Made by a program: the position numbers and the translations under genes
NCBI RefSeq assembly: GCF_017656475.1
Contig: NZ_JACDNT010000002.1
Span: 33,160-97,159 of the forward strand
Origin: Archaeoglobus sp.
GTDB lineage: Archaea > Halobacteriota > Archaeoglobi > Archaeoglobales > Archaeoglobaceae
Direction of reading: 5' to 3'
DNA length: 64,000 bases
In this document: one piece after another, positions 30,739 to 40,037 of the stretch
Numbering within the stretch: position 1 is the first letter of the stretch
Layout: every line of letters begins with the position of its first letter
The notes under the pieces: generated by a model
What the model saw: only the letters and a program-made list of their open reading frames with translations
Databases searched by the model: none
Told to the model about the DNA's origin: nothing

Positions 30739-30778
30739 TGGCGGCGGGAAAGCTACAGCATCAGCTAACCCGCCGCCA
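30739..30778. other. Perfect 10-bp GC-rich inverted repeat (hairpin) upstream of the S-layer promoter
   Basis: tggcggcggg (30739-30748) pairs with cccgccgcca (30769-30778). Within the 20-nt spacer, agct (30751-54) can also pair with agct (30763-66). Confidence 0.85.
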
Positions 30779-30943
30779 CCGTAATTTAATGGTCACTACA
30801 TATATTTAAACCTTTTGCTTATGAAAGGGGATATTGTAACAATCGATTGCTACTGAGAACAGGTTGAGGTTAAAGGAGAAGGTAGGTTTTCTGAAACCTT
30901 TCGAACTTGCTTTGAGGATTTGGATGTGGCAGAAAGGTGGACT

Positions 30944-30968
30944 AAAAAGCAAATTAAAAAATTAAAAT
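30944..30968 (-). terminator. Oligo-T tracts after glnA
   Basis: The minus strand just after the glnA stop (30972-74) reads gattgattttaattttttaatttgcttttt. Confidence 0.5.
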
Positions 30969-30971
30969 CAA

Positions 30972-32420
30972 TCAAACGTCAAAGTACTTCATGAACTCCC
31001 AGGGCGTTATGTACAGACAGTACTGGTTCCATTCATCAATTTTGAGCTCCATGAATGCATCCAAGATGTGCGAGCCGAGAACCTCGTGCATCACCTCATC
31101 GCTCGCCAGATGGTCTATCGCATCCCTCAGCGTTGTTGGAAGTTCACCAACACCCAGCTCCCTCTTCTGGGCTGGTGTTAGCTCGTAAACGTCCTCAAGC
31201 AGTGGATCGCCGGGATCGATCTTTTTCTTTATGCCATCCAGACCGGCAGCGAGCTGGGCGGTGATTGCAAGATACGGATTGCAGCTCGGATCAACGCCCC
31301 TGTACTCCACTCTTATTGCCGAAGGCTTTTTGACATACATTGGAACTCTAACAAGGGCAGACCTGTTCCTCAGACTCCAGCAGATATAAATGGGAGCCTC
31401 AAACCCTGGAACTAATCTCTTGTAGCTGTTAACCGTTGGGGCGCAGAGAGCAGTTAGAGCCTTGGCGTGCTCAAGCAGCCCTCCTATGTAGTACCTCGCC
31501 TTCTGGCTAAGCATGTACTCATCGTCTGGATCGGCAAATATTGCATCACCGCTGAATGGCTCCCCCTTCCACAGGCTTTGATGCGTATGCATCCCGCTGG
31601 CATTGTCTAAATAGAGGGGCTTGGGCATGAATGTTGCATATAGGCCATGCATTGCCGCAACATTCTTTGCTGCAAACTTGTAGAGGTAGAAGGCATCTCC
31701 AACTTCAACGAGTTGTTTTGGCTTGAAGTTCAGCTCCACCTGACCGGCAGTCGCAACCTCGTGGTGGTGGTACTCAACCTCAACACCCAACTTTTCAAGG
31801 TAGTATGAAAGTTCGTTTCTGTACTCAACTGTTGTATCCTCAGGTGGAGGCCTGAAGTAGCCCTCCTTGGGCCTTATCGTATAACCACTCTCAACTTCCG
31901 GGCTGATTGGCATGACTCTCGGCGGCCCCCAGCTGTCACCAGCACCACCATTCGGCGAGACCCACATGTCCCAGCTCAGGCGGGTGAAATCAACCCCTTC
32001 AAAAACGAAGAACTCGATTTCGGGGCCGAAGATTGCCGACATTCCCTCAGCTTTAAGCATATCCTCATATCTCTTCGCCACATAACCGCGAGGATCGCAA
32101 TCGGCAATCTCATTCCCCCAGGCCTCGTAAACGTTCCCGAACATTATCGCCGACTTCTGAATCGGATCATCAGTCCACGGTATTACCTTCAGCGTCGATG
32201 CGTCCGGCATCCAGATCATGTCGCTCTTCTCTATTGTTCTGAAACCCCTGACTGAAGAACCATCAAAACCGATTCCTGTTTCAAAGGCATCTCCATCCAG
32301 AAACTCTCTTGCGGGAATCGAAAACGTCTGGAGATAACCTCTAACGTCTGTGAAAGCGCAGAGAACCTGCATAACGTTATTTTCTTTCAAAACCGATTTT
32401 ACTCTCTCAAACTCATCCAT
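30972..32420 (-). CDS. glnA: Glutamine synthetase type I
   Basis: 482 aa with FTDVRGYLQ, GFDGSSV, FGPEIEFF, HHHEVATAGQ.E, NASGMHTHQS and CAPTVNSYKRL. Confidence 0.95.
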   Translation of the reverse strand: MDEFERVKSVLKENNVMQVLCAFTDVRGYLQTFSIPAREFLDGDAFETGIGFDGSSVRGFRTIEKSDMIWMPDASTLKVIPWTDDPIQKSAIMFGNVYEAWGNEIADCDPRGYVAKRYEDMLKAEGMSAIFGPEIEFFVFEGVDFTRLSWDMWVSPNGGAGDSWGPPRVMPISPEVESGYTIRPKEGYFRPPPEDTTVEYRNELSYYLEKLGVEVEYHHHEVATAGQVELNFKPKQLVEVGDAFYLYKFAAKNVAAMHGLYATFMPKPLYLDNASGMHTHQSLWKGEPFSGDAIFADPDDEYMLSQKARYYIGGLLEHAKALTALCAPTVNSYKRLVPGFEAPIYICWSLRNRSALVRVPMYVKKPSAIRVEYRGVDPSCNPYLAITAQLAAGLDGIKKKIDPGDPLLEDVYELTPAQKRELGVGELPTTLRDAIDHLASDEVMHEVLGSHILDAFMELKIDEWNQYCLYITPWEFMKYFDV

Positions 32421-32606
32421 TTAATCACCTTTAAGCCCTTTTTTGCTTCAAGATATATATTTTTTTGCATTATCACTTTCTCAGTCAAGAATTCTTAAAT
32501 ATAAGCCAGAAATATTAAGGAATTTTCAATCTCCTCTCTGTCCTACATACGTGCTAATACTAACATATACAAATAACACATAGATACACGTATTAATAGG
32601 GTAAAA

Positions 32607-32614
32607 TTTAAATA
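32607..32614 (+). promoter_or_regulatory. Candidate TATA box of the gltB-like gene
   Basis: tttaaata lies about 48 nt upstream of ATG 32662. The SD-like aaaaggaggtggtga sits at 32646-32660. Confidence 0.45.
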
Positions 32615-32661
32615 CACTTGGTGTTGAAGGGCAAAGCCGGAAGTAAAAAGGAGGTGGTGAG

Positions 32662-34248
32662 ATGGGAAATTTAAGGACACCGAATGCAGATGAGGCGACA
32701 GGAACATTTAACCGCTCCAGGAGCGTTGTTCCATTCTCTGGACTTTGTTCAAGGTGCATTGACGGGTGCAGAGGAGGGTGTGAGGCTTGGCTCGCATCTT
32801 TCAGAGGGAGAGAAGTACTTTATCCCCAGGATTTTGGATACGTGACGGCCGGAGCAGATAAGGAGTATCCTGTTGACTACTCACATCTGAACATACAGGG
32901 ATATGCAAGAGGTGCGAAGGGTCTTGAGGGTGATATTGGCCCTGACGAAGCAATTTTCACGAATGTTGACACAACCACAGAATACGGATGGGATAAGAAG
33001 GTCAAGATGAGGCTTCCAATTTTCACGGGAGCTCTGGGTTCAACCGACATTGCAAGGAGAAACTGGGAGCACTTTGCAGTAGGTGCAGCAATTTCTGGTA
33101 TTACGATCGTCTGCGGTGAAAACGTCTGTGGTGTAGACCCCGAACTTGAGCTTGACTCTGAAGGGAAGGTGAAGAGATCACCGGAAATGGATAGAAGAGT
33201 GGAGATTTACAGGAAATTCTACGAAGGGTACGGTGAGCTGATAGTTCAGGCGAACGTTGAGGACACAAGACTCGGTGTTCCTGAATATCTCGCAAGCAAG
33301 CATGAGCTGGAGACCATAGAACTGAAGTGGGGGCAGGGAGCGAAGAGCATAGGTGGAGAGATAAAGGTAAAGTCTTTGGAGAGAGCTCTTGAACTGAAGA
33401 GGAGGGGCTACATAGTCCTGCCCGATCCCGAAGATCCCGCAGTTCAAAGGGCTTTTAAGGAAGGGGAAATTAAGGAGTTCGAGAGGCATTCAAGACTTGG
33501 GTTTGTGAGCAGGGAGTCCTTCCTTGAAGAGGTTGACAGGCTGAGAAGCATTGGCTTCAAGAGAATAACGCTGAAAACCGGTGCATACTCAGCAGTTGAT
33601 TTAGCCCTCGCACTTAGGCTTGGATCGGAGGCAAAGCTGGACTTGGTAACCATAGACGGTGCAGGAGGAGGGACGGGAATGAGCCCATGGCCGATGATGA
33701 ACGAATGGGGAATACCGACCTTCTACCTTGAATCCCTTACCTACCAATTCTGCAGGAAGCTGGACAAGAGAGGATTTAGAGTTCCCGACATTGCCATTGC
33801 TGGAGGATTCTCGACCGAAGATGGAATATTCAAGGCAATCGCAATGGGTGCTCCCTACGTGAAAGCAGTGTGTATGGGCAGGGCATTGATGATACCCGGC
33901 ATGGTGGGTAAGAACATTGAGAAGTGGTTGAAGGAAGGAAATCTGCCAAAGAACGTTGCCAAATACGGAAATAGCTTGGAGGAGATATTCGTAACCTATG
34001 AAGAGCTGAAAGAAAAATACGGAAGCAGAATAAAGGAAATTCCAGCCGGAGCTATAGCAATGTACACATTCTCTCAGAAAATAAAGGTTGGACTGCAGCA
34101 GCTGATGGCGGGCAGCAGAAACTTCAAGCTTTCAACGATATCCAGAAACGACTTAATTGCTTTGACAGAAGAAGCAGCAAAGGTTTCCGGCATCCCATAC
34201 GTTATGGATGCTTACAGGGAGGAGGCAGAGAGGATCTTGGAGGAGTGA
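32662..34248 (+). CDS. Archaeal-type glutamate synthase-related FMN domain protein (GltB domain 2-like)
   Basis: 528 aa. An N-terminal Cys cluster (CSRCIDGCRGGCE) is followed by an FMN-binding TIM-barrel pattern: TIDGAGGGTGMSPW and IAGGFSTEDGIFKAIAMGA. It is divergent from glnA. Confidence 0.85.
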   Translation: MGNLRTPNADEATGTFNRSRSVVPFSGLCSRCIDGCRGGCEAWLASFRGREVLYPQDFGYVTAGADKEYPVDYSHLNIQGYARGAKGLEGDIGPDEAIFTNVDTTTEYGWDKKVKMRLPIFTGALGSTDIARRNWEHFAVGAAISGITIVCGENVCGVDPELELDSEGKVKRSPEMDRRVEIYRKFYEGYGELIVQANVEDTRLGVPEYLASKHELETIELKWGQGAKSIGGEIKVKSLERALELKRRGYIVLPDPEDPAVQRAFKEGEIKEFERHSRLGFVSRESFLEEVDRLRSIGFKRITLKTGAYSAVDLALALRLGSEAKLDLVTIDGAGGGTGMSPWPMMNEWGIPTFYLESLTYQFCRKLDKRGFRVPDIAIAGGFSTEDGIFKAIAMGAPYVKAVCMGRALMIPGMVGKNIEKWLKEGNLPKNVAKYGNSLEEIFVTYEELKEKYGSRIKEIPAGAIAMYTFSQKIKVGLQQLMAGSRNFKLSTISRNDLIALTEEAAKVSGIPYVMDAYREEAERILEE

Positions 34249-34418
34249 GGGAATCTATTCGAGAGTCTCTAATCTTTTTTAATTTTATTTAGTAATAAAA
34301 TTATCACACAGTTTTCTCGAAAATTGCATAATTACAGCAATGCAAGGATGAGTAAACCAATGGATGATTTAGAGTTATCCTTGTCAGCTCAATCTCGGAG
34401 GGAGAACTTAGACAAAAA

Positions 34419-35498
34419 TTAAATTTTAGTTCCCGCCTTGAGCAGGTCTTCAGCTATCAGCCTGACAGTGTCCTCAACAACGCCGTCCTCGTATATGTCC
34501 TCTCCATCCAGCACAGCCTTGACCATCCTGCCAATTCTTGTGCCGAAATCAATTTCGACCTTCTGGCTTCCATAGTAGTACTTCAGAATCAGCTTTTTGA
34601 GGATGACGGCGTCTTCTCTTAACTCTGAATCTGACTCAATGACTTTGTCCAGGCAGTGCATGAAGTTCACAGACTGAAAGCCGAAATTTCTGTACGCCAT
34701 GAAGCCAAGACATGCCGCCTCCATGTAGTGCTGTGCAAAATCTTCTCCCCTCTCCTCTGCTCTCCTTGCCTTGAAGTAAGCTATCTTCGCCTTTAGATCT
34801 ATCGGAAGCTCTCCAAAGCTCTCAAGCCGCTCCATAACCCTTTTCAGCTCACTTTCATCCAAATACGGCAGAAGGTTCTGCAGAACCGCGGCTATGCTCA
34901 AGTCCTCTCCAACCTGCTCTAAAGCATCAAGGGCCATTTTCAGCAGCATCTCCGCCTCTCTCTTTCTCCCTCCCCTCTGATAAACCACGGCAAGATTGTT
35001 CAGAAGCATCCCCATCATTCTAACGTCTCCCTTCTCCTTTGCCATGTTGAACGCTTCAATCAGAGCTTTCTCAGCATGCTCTTTCATATCCAGCTTTGCA
35101 TACATTGTTCCAAGGGCAGTCAAAATCGCCAGCTTCTGGTCGTTTTTTACATCTCCGAGAAGTTTCAGGGCATCCGTGTAGGCCTTCTCAGCCTCAGCGT
35201 ACTTTCGAGAAATCTGGTAAAGATTGCCGAGATTGTATAGGCAACCAATCACGTACGGCAGAAAGCTCTCATCCTCCTCCGAAAGCTTAATGTAAAGGTT
35301 TAGAGCCTCACGGTAAGCCTCCTCAGCCTCTTTCAGCTTATGCATAGCGTAGTAAATGTTTCCTAAGGTTCCGAGAACCTTCCCCTTTTCGTGGCCATCA
35401 AGGCTCCCAGAAAGACTCTTCCCGACTTCAGCGAGTATTTCAAGCTCAGTCAAATCCTTAGCATTGTTAAATGCCTCCACAAACTCATCAGCGTTCAT
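34419..35498 (-). CDS. TPR-repeat protein
   Basis: ATG at 35498 gives MNADEFVEAFNNAKD.... There are repeated 34-aa TPR-like units (LGNIYYAMHKLKEAEEAYREAL, LGNLYQISRKYAEAEKAYTDAL, LGTMYAKLDMKEHAEKALIEA, LAVVYQRGGRKREAEMLLKMAL). The track start at 35567 is TTG and lies in another frame of the upstream small ORF. Confidence 0.75.
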   Translation of the reverse strand: MNADEFVEAFNNAKDLTELEILAEVGKSLSGSLDGHEKGKVLGTLGNIYYAMHKLKEAEEAYREALNLYIKLSEEDESFLPYVIGCLYNLGNLYQISRKYAEAEKAYTDALKLLGDVKNDQKLAILTALGTMYAKLDMKEHAEKALIEAFNMAKEKGDVRMMGMLLNNLAVVYQRGGRKREAEMLLKMALDALEQVGEDLSIAAVLQNLLPYLDESELKRVMERLESFGELPIDLKAKIAYFKARRAEERGEDFAQHYMEAACLGFMAYRNFGFQSVNFMHCLDKVIESDSELREDAVILKKLILKYYYGSQKVEIDFGTRIGRMVKAVLDGEDIYEDGVVEDTVRLIAEDLLKAGTKI

Positions 35499-35667
35499 TC
35501 TTCTTCCCCTTTTTGAATATTTTTTCGATTTCAGAATCCATATACCTCCTCTTGTGCTCACTCCCAAGGGCTTTTCGGTAGTCAGCCCTCAACTGCTGGG
35601 AAGCGAGCTTTTCAAGAAGCTTTTCCTTCTCTTCGTCATCCATGTCAATACTCTTTCTGAAGTTCAT
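35488..35667 (-). CDS. Candidate 59-aa highly charged small protein
   Basis: ATG 35667 to TGA 35488-90 gives MNFRKSIDMDDEEKEKLLEKLASQQLRADYRKALGSEHKRRYMDSEIEKIFKKGKKNER. The stop overlaps the TPR gene ATG by 11 nt. A-rich TATA-like gtaaaaaaac lies about 27 nt upstream. It falls below the ORF-track cutoff and I recognise no family. Confidence 0.35.
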   Translation of the reverse strand: MNFRKSIDMDDEEKEKLLEKLASQQLRADYRKALGSEHKRRYMDSEIEKIFKKGKKNER

Positions 35668-35681
35668 TTAAACCTATTGGA

Positions 35682-37190
35682 ATGCCAAAGTTTTTTTACC
35701 CAGTCGTTATCTGCAAAACCGTGCAAGTCAAAATCCTCGACACAACACTGAGAGACGGTGAGCAAACTCCCGGAGTATCGCTGAGCGTAGAGCAGAAGGT
35801 GATGATAGCCGAGGCTCTGGACAACCTTGGAGTTGACATCATCGAGGCAGGAACAGCAATTGCCTCTGAGGGCGACTTTCAGGCAATAAAGGAAATCTCG
35901 CAGAGAGGTCTGAATGCCGAAATCTGCAGCTTTGCGAGGATAAAAAAGGAAGATATAGATGCCGCAGCAGATGCCAATGCTGACTCCATCTTCATGGTTG
36001 CTCCGTCATCAGATATTCACATCAACGCCAAGTTTCCCGGCAAGAGCAAGGAGTACGTAATCGAGAAAAGCATCGAGGCAATTGAGTACGCGAAGGAGAG
36101 GGGGCTTATAGTCGAGTTCGGTGCTGAGGATGCATCAAGGGCTGATCTAAATTTCGTCATCGAGCTGTTCAAAAGGGCTCAAGAGGCTAAGGCGGACAGA
36201 ATTACCTTTGCGGACACCGTGGGAGTACTCTCTCCCGAAAAGATGGAGGAGACCGTGAGAAAAATTAAGGCTGAGGTCAAATTGCCTCTCGCAATCCACT
36301 GTCACGATGACTTTGGACTCGCTACCGCAAACACCATATTCGGCATCAAAGCTGGAGCTGAGGAGTTCCACGGAACCGTAAACGGTCTCGGCGAGAGAGC
36401 CGGAAATGCGGCAATAGAGGAGGTTGTAATTGCCCTTGAATACCTCTACGGAATTAAAACTAAAATTAGGAAGGAGAAGCTGTACAACACGTCAAAGCTT
36501 GTAGAGAAGCTTTCAAGAGTTGTAGTTCCTCCAAATAAACCGATTGTGGGAGACAATGCCTTCACACACGAAAGTGGAATTCACACTTCAGCCCTTTTCA
36601 GGGATTTCAAGTCGTACGAGCCTATATCCCCAGAGGTTGTGGGGAGAAAAAGAGTCATCGTTCTCGGAAAGCACGCTGGAAGGGCAAGTGTTGAAGCGAT
36701 AATGAACGAGCTCGGCTACAAAGCGACTCCAGAGCAGATGAAAGAAATTCTCGCAAGAATAAAGGAGATTGGAGACAAGGGCAAGAGAGTCACGGATGCC
36801 GACGTAAGAACGATAATTGAGACGGTGCTGCAGATAAAGAGGGAGAAGAAGGTCAAGCTCGAAGACCTAGCAATCTTCAGCGGGAAAAACGTCATGCCGA
36901 TGGCAAGCGTGAAGCTCAGGATAAATGGTCAGGAGAGGATAGAGGCTGCTGTCGGTCTCGGTCCGGTTGATGCGGCGATAAACGCCATAAGAAGGGCTAT
37001 AAAGGAGTTTGCAGACATAAAGCTTGTAAGCTACCACGTGGATGCCATAACGGGCGGAACCGACGCTCTCGTTGATGTGGTTGTGCAGTTGAAGAAGGAT
37101 AATAAGATTGTGACGGCAAGAGGTGCGAGGACGGACATAATCATGGCATCGGTCGAGGCTTTCATTGAAGGTTTAAATATGCTCTTTTAA
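35682..37190 (+). CDS. 2-isopropylmalate synthase / (R)-citramalate synthase family enzyme
   Basis: 502 aa with [35 protein letters not shown] and a C-terminal LeuA-type regulatory domain. GTG at 35721 ([15 protein letters not shown]) is a plausible true start, because the tttaaa TATA-like element sits at 35666-35671. Confidence 0.9.
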   Translation: MPKFFYPVVICKTVQVKILDTTLRDGEQTPGVSLSVEQKVMIAEALDNLGVDIIEAGTAIASEGDFQAIKEISQRGLNAEICSFARIKKEDIDAAADANADSIFMVAPSSDIHINAKFPGKSKEYVIEKSIEAIEYAKERGLIVEFGAEDASRADLNFVIELFKRAQEAKADRITFADTVGVLSPEKMEETVRKIKAEVKLPLAIHCHDDFGLATANTIFGIKAGAEEFHGTVNGLGERAGNAAIEEVVIALEYLYGIKTKIRKEKLYNTSKLVEKLSRVVVPPNKPIVGDNAFTHESGIHTSALFRDFKSYEPISPEVVGRKRVIVLGKHAGRASVEAIMNELGYKATPEQMKEILARIKEIGDKGKRVTDADVRTIIETVLQIKREKKVKLEDLAIFSGKNVMPMASVKLRINGQERIEAAVGLGPVDAAINAIRRAIKEFADIKLVSYHVDAITGGTDALVDVVVQLKKDNKIVTARGARTDIIMASVEAFIEGLNMLF

Positions 37191-37192
37191 TT

Positions 37193-37858
37193 TTACATGA
37201 ACATCTCTCTCATTAGCTGTTCCGCACCCTCACTGTCGCCAAAGTAAAGAACCTCTCCTCCAACGAGAATACAGGTTTTATCTGACATAAGAAAAATCTC
37301 ATCAAGTTCGTCGTGAGTAACAACCACCACTCCACACTTCTTGGAAAGGTTGTAAATCATGTTTACTACCCTCACCCTCAGGTCTTTGTGAAGACCTTGA
37401 AAGGGTTCGTCGAGGAGCAGATACTTTGGTTTTGATATGAGGGCCCTTGCCAAAACCACCATCTGCCTCTCACCACCACTCAACTTTCCTGCCTTTTTTT
37501 TGGCCAGTGGTCCAAGCTCGGGAAAGATTTCCAGAGCCTCCTGAAAGTCCCCTGAAATAGACACGTTCTCCTCGACAGTCAAATTCTTTGCAACTCTCAA
37601 CCTCTCCGGTGCCAGAGTTATACCCATTTTAAACCTCTCAGAGGGCTTTAAATGTGTAATTTCCACATTATCGAGGAAAACTCTTCCCTTAGACTCCATC
37701 AAGCCCATAATGCACTTCAGCAGGGTTGACTTTCCGCTGCCGTTAGGGCCAGCAATAAGCATTATCTCTCTCCTCTCCAAATAGCAGGTAACATCCTTCA
37801 AAATCATCCTCCCGTTAAGCTCCACTCTAACTCTGTCAGCCCTCAGCAATTTTTCCAC
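37193..37858 (-). CDS. livF: ABC transporter ATP-binding protein (LivF-like)
   Basis: 221 aa with Walker A GPNGSGKST, signature LSGGERQM and Walker B LLLDEP. Confidence 0.85.
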   Translation of the reverse strand: MEKLLRADRVRVELNGRMILKDVTCYLERREIMLIAGPNGSGKSTLLKCIMGLMESKGRVFLDNVEITHLKPSERFKMGITLAPERLRVAKNLTVEENVSISGDFQEALEIFPELGPLAKKKAGKLSGGERQMVVLARALISKPKYLLLDEPFQGLHKDLRVRVVNMIYNLSKKCGVVVVTHDELDEIFLMSDKTCILVGGEVLYFGDSEGAEQLMREMFM

Positions 37859-38477
37859 CCCTCATCTCGTAGCTGACATCAACAATATCCCTCAGCAGCT
37901 TCATCCTGTGGGCAGTAACAATGGCATCCACACCTTCCCGCTTTATTTTTCTCAAAATCCTCCTCACCCTTTTTGCGTTCTCCACATCAAGCCCTGAGAA
38001 TGGTTCATCGAGAAGCATGAGTTTCGGCTGCGCTGCCAAGGCTCTTCCTATTTCCAGCAACCTAAGCTCACCTTGAGACAGTAAACCTGCCTTTAGATTC
38101 ACCTTATTCTTGAGACCAACAAATTCACAGATTTCCATTGCAGATTCCATCGCCTCCCTGTAGCTCACCCTCAAAATAAATGGGGTGGCCACGTTTTCAA
38201 TTACGCTCATGTTCTTGAAGGGTCTTGGAATCTGGTAGACGATTGTAATGCCCATCCTTGCTACCTCTTCAGGTGTCTTTCCTGCTATGTCCTCTCCTTC
38301 AAACAAAATTCTCCCGCAATCCGGTTTCTCAATTCCCGCAATTATCTTGAGCATCGTTGACTTTCCGCTGCCGTTTGGTCCGTAGATTCCGGCAAATCCA
38401 CTCTCAAGCTCGAAGTTTATGCCCCTCAGCACCACATTTCCGTTGTAAACCTTTGACACGTCAATAAGCTGAAGCAC
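37836..38477 (-). CDS. livG: ABC transporter ATP-binding protein (LivG-like)
   Basis: 213 aa with GPNGSGKST, LSQGELRLLEI and MLLDEPFSG. Confidence 0.85.
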   Translation of the reverse strand: MLQLIDVSKVYNGNVVLRGINFELESGFAGIYGPNGSGKSTMLKIIAGIEKPDCGRILFEGEDIAGKTPEEVARMGITIVYQIPRPFKNMSVIENVATPFILRVSYREAMESAMEICEFVGLKNKVNLKAGLLSQGELRLLEIGRALAAQPKLMLLDEPFSGLDVENAKRVRRILRKIKREGVDAIVTAHRMKLLRDIVDVSYEMRGGKIAEG

Positions 38478-39318
38478 CCCACCACCTCTTTAGCTTGGGA
38501 GATAGCATCAGAACGGCAGCGTAGATGAGGAGATGTGTCTCCGGCAGAATTCCTGAAAAAGCTCTGGAGACGACTACAATTATGTAGCTACCGATTATTG
38601 GAGACGCCCACCTATTACCAGCGATGAGACTGGCAACGAAGGGTAGAAGTACAATCTCAACGGAAAAAATTTCAGGGGAGACGTGGCCGAAATACAGAAG
38701 ATAGCACACACCGGCAACTGTTGCAGTAAAAACTGATATTGCAAAGCTTACGATTCTAATTTTGAAAGCATTAATACCAATGCTTCTCGCGGCGAATTCA
38801 TCATCTCTCACAGCCTCAATTTTAAGTCCAAGCCCTGACTTTCTGATGAGAGCAAAGGATGTGAAGAAGAGCAGCAACATCGAAGAAGACAGCAGGTAGC
38901 TCTCCCATAATCCAATCGATAGGAATGAGAAGCCCTCCTCCCCACCAACAACTCCACCGTTTACACTGAGAGTTATGTAATGCGAAAAATACCAGAATAC
39001 AATTGCGGTGATGAAGGACGTGAAGACGAACTTCTCTCTCCCGGAAAGGGATAGGGCTGTGAACAGGAGAAGTGACAGCAAAAAAGCCGGAATGATGAGA
39101 ACTGGATTGATTGCCAGAGCATATGCAGCAATGCCGAAGGGTATTGAGTGAACAAGGCTCGTCCATCCAGCCTCTTTTTCCATGAAAAACCAAGATAGTG
39201 ACAGGATAGAGTAAACGACGGCCATCGTTGCAACTGAAACGATAAAACTGCTCCTGAGTAGTAGGGGTAGCAGGAGTAATGCTAAGATAATTGCAAAATC
39301 TTTCTTCAAAGCAGCCAC
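38461..39318 (-). CDS. livM: ABC transporter permease (LivM-like)
   Basis: 285 aa, polytopic. It has the conserved cytoplasmic loop AVRDDEFAARSIGIN typical of HAAT-family permeases. Confidence 0.8.
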   Translation of the reverse strand: MAALKKDFAIILALLLLPLLLRSSFIVSVATMAVVYSILSLSWFFMEKEAGWTSLVHSIPFGIAAYALAINPVLIIPAFLLSLLLFTALSLSGREKFVFTSFITAIVFWYFSHYITLSVNGGVVGGEEGFSFLSIGLWESYLLSSSMLLLFFTSFALIRKSGLGLKIEAVRDDEFAARSIGINAFKIRIVSFAISVFTATVAGVCYLLYFGHVSPEIFSVEIVLLPFVASLIAGNRWASPIIGSYIIVVVSRAFSGILPETHLLIYAAVLMLSPKLKRWWGASAY

Positions 39319-40037
39319 CTCAGTACTGCGGTGTATGCTATGGCTATTGGAATCGTGAGGCCGTACTTCCTCAACCCTGCATTACCCGCTAACGCAGCAA
39401 TTGCGGCGATTATCACCGCTATGACCATACTGCTCCAACCCATCGAAGGGAATAGGGATTGAGTTGGAGCCAAAACTGCTCCAGAAAGACAGATGAAGCT
39501 GGACGAAATTGAAATTGTTAGAAATCTGATTCTCGATGTGTCAACTCCGTACATCTCTGCCAGCTCCCAGTCATCCTCTACAAACTTTAATTCAAATCCC
39601 CTTCTCGAAAGGGGAATTGCTGCGAATGCTAGGAATAGGAGGACAATCATCGCCCCATTCAACATCTCATGAATGCTCACGACTTCCCCAAACAATTCTA
39701 CATAGTTAGTTTCCATTACTTGGTAGTAAGAGGTTCTGTAGAGAAATCTCAGAGACTCCTCGATTGCTATGGAAAAACCGAGTGATATGATGGTAGCTTC
39801 CGCAACTGATAACTTCCTTGTTGCAGCTGACACTATCGCCCCCATGATTCCTCCAAAAATGAGGGCAAGCAGCAGTGCAGAGGTTGGGTTAAAGCTGAAA
39901 TAAATATAGGCCCCGAGAGTGAAGATGGATGCAAAGGAGAGGTTCAGCAGTCTGCCAATTTTGTAGTTCAGAATTACAGCAGAGGCGAAAAAAGATAAAA
40001 AAATTGCTGTTAAAAGTGCCGAAATCATTTCATCCAC
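39306..40037 (-). CDS. livH: ABC transporter permease (LivH-like)
   Basis: 243 aa, polytopic, with the loop FVEDDWELAEMYGVD analogous to the LivH/M signature. Confidence 0.8.
   Translation of the reverse strand: MDEMISALLTAIFLSFFASAVILNYKIGRLLNLSFASIFTLGAYIYFSFNPTSALLLALIFGGIMGAIVSAATRKLSVAEATIISLGFSIAIEESLRFLYRTSYYQVMETNYVELFGEVVSIHEMLNGAMIVLLFLAFAAIPLSRRGFELKFVEDDWELAEMYGVDTSRIRFLTISISSSFICLSGAVLAPTQSLFPSMGWSSMVIAVIIAAIAALAGNAGLRKYGLTIPIAIAYTAVLRWLL

Noticed and set aside
32484-32500. The 10-bp perfect palindrome AAGAATTCTT in the glnA/gltB-like divergent spacer, as a possible nitrogen-regulator operator.
   Set aside because: It is short, AT-rich and single-copy in an AT-rich spacer. It does not match the GGAA-N6-TTCC NrpR-type operator I know, and no second copy is visible.
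34340-34414. A 24-aa ORF (MSKPMDDLELSLSAQSRRENLDKN) and a 7-bp inverted repeat caaggat/atccttg in the convergent gltB-like/TPR spacer.
   Set aside because: It is too short, has no convincing SD or promoter, and the stem is weak with a 27-nt loop. This is not supportable from sequence alone.
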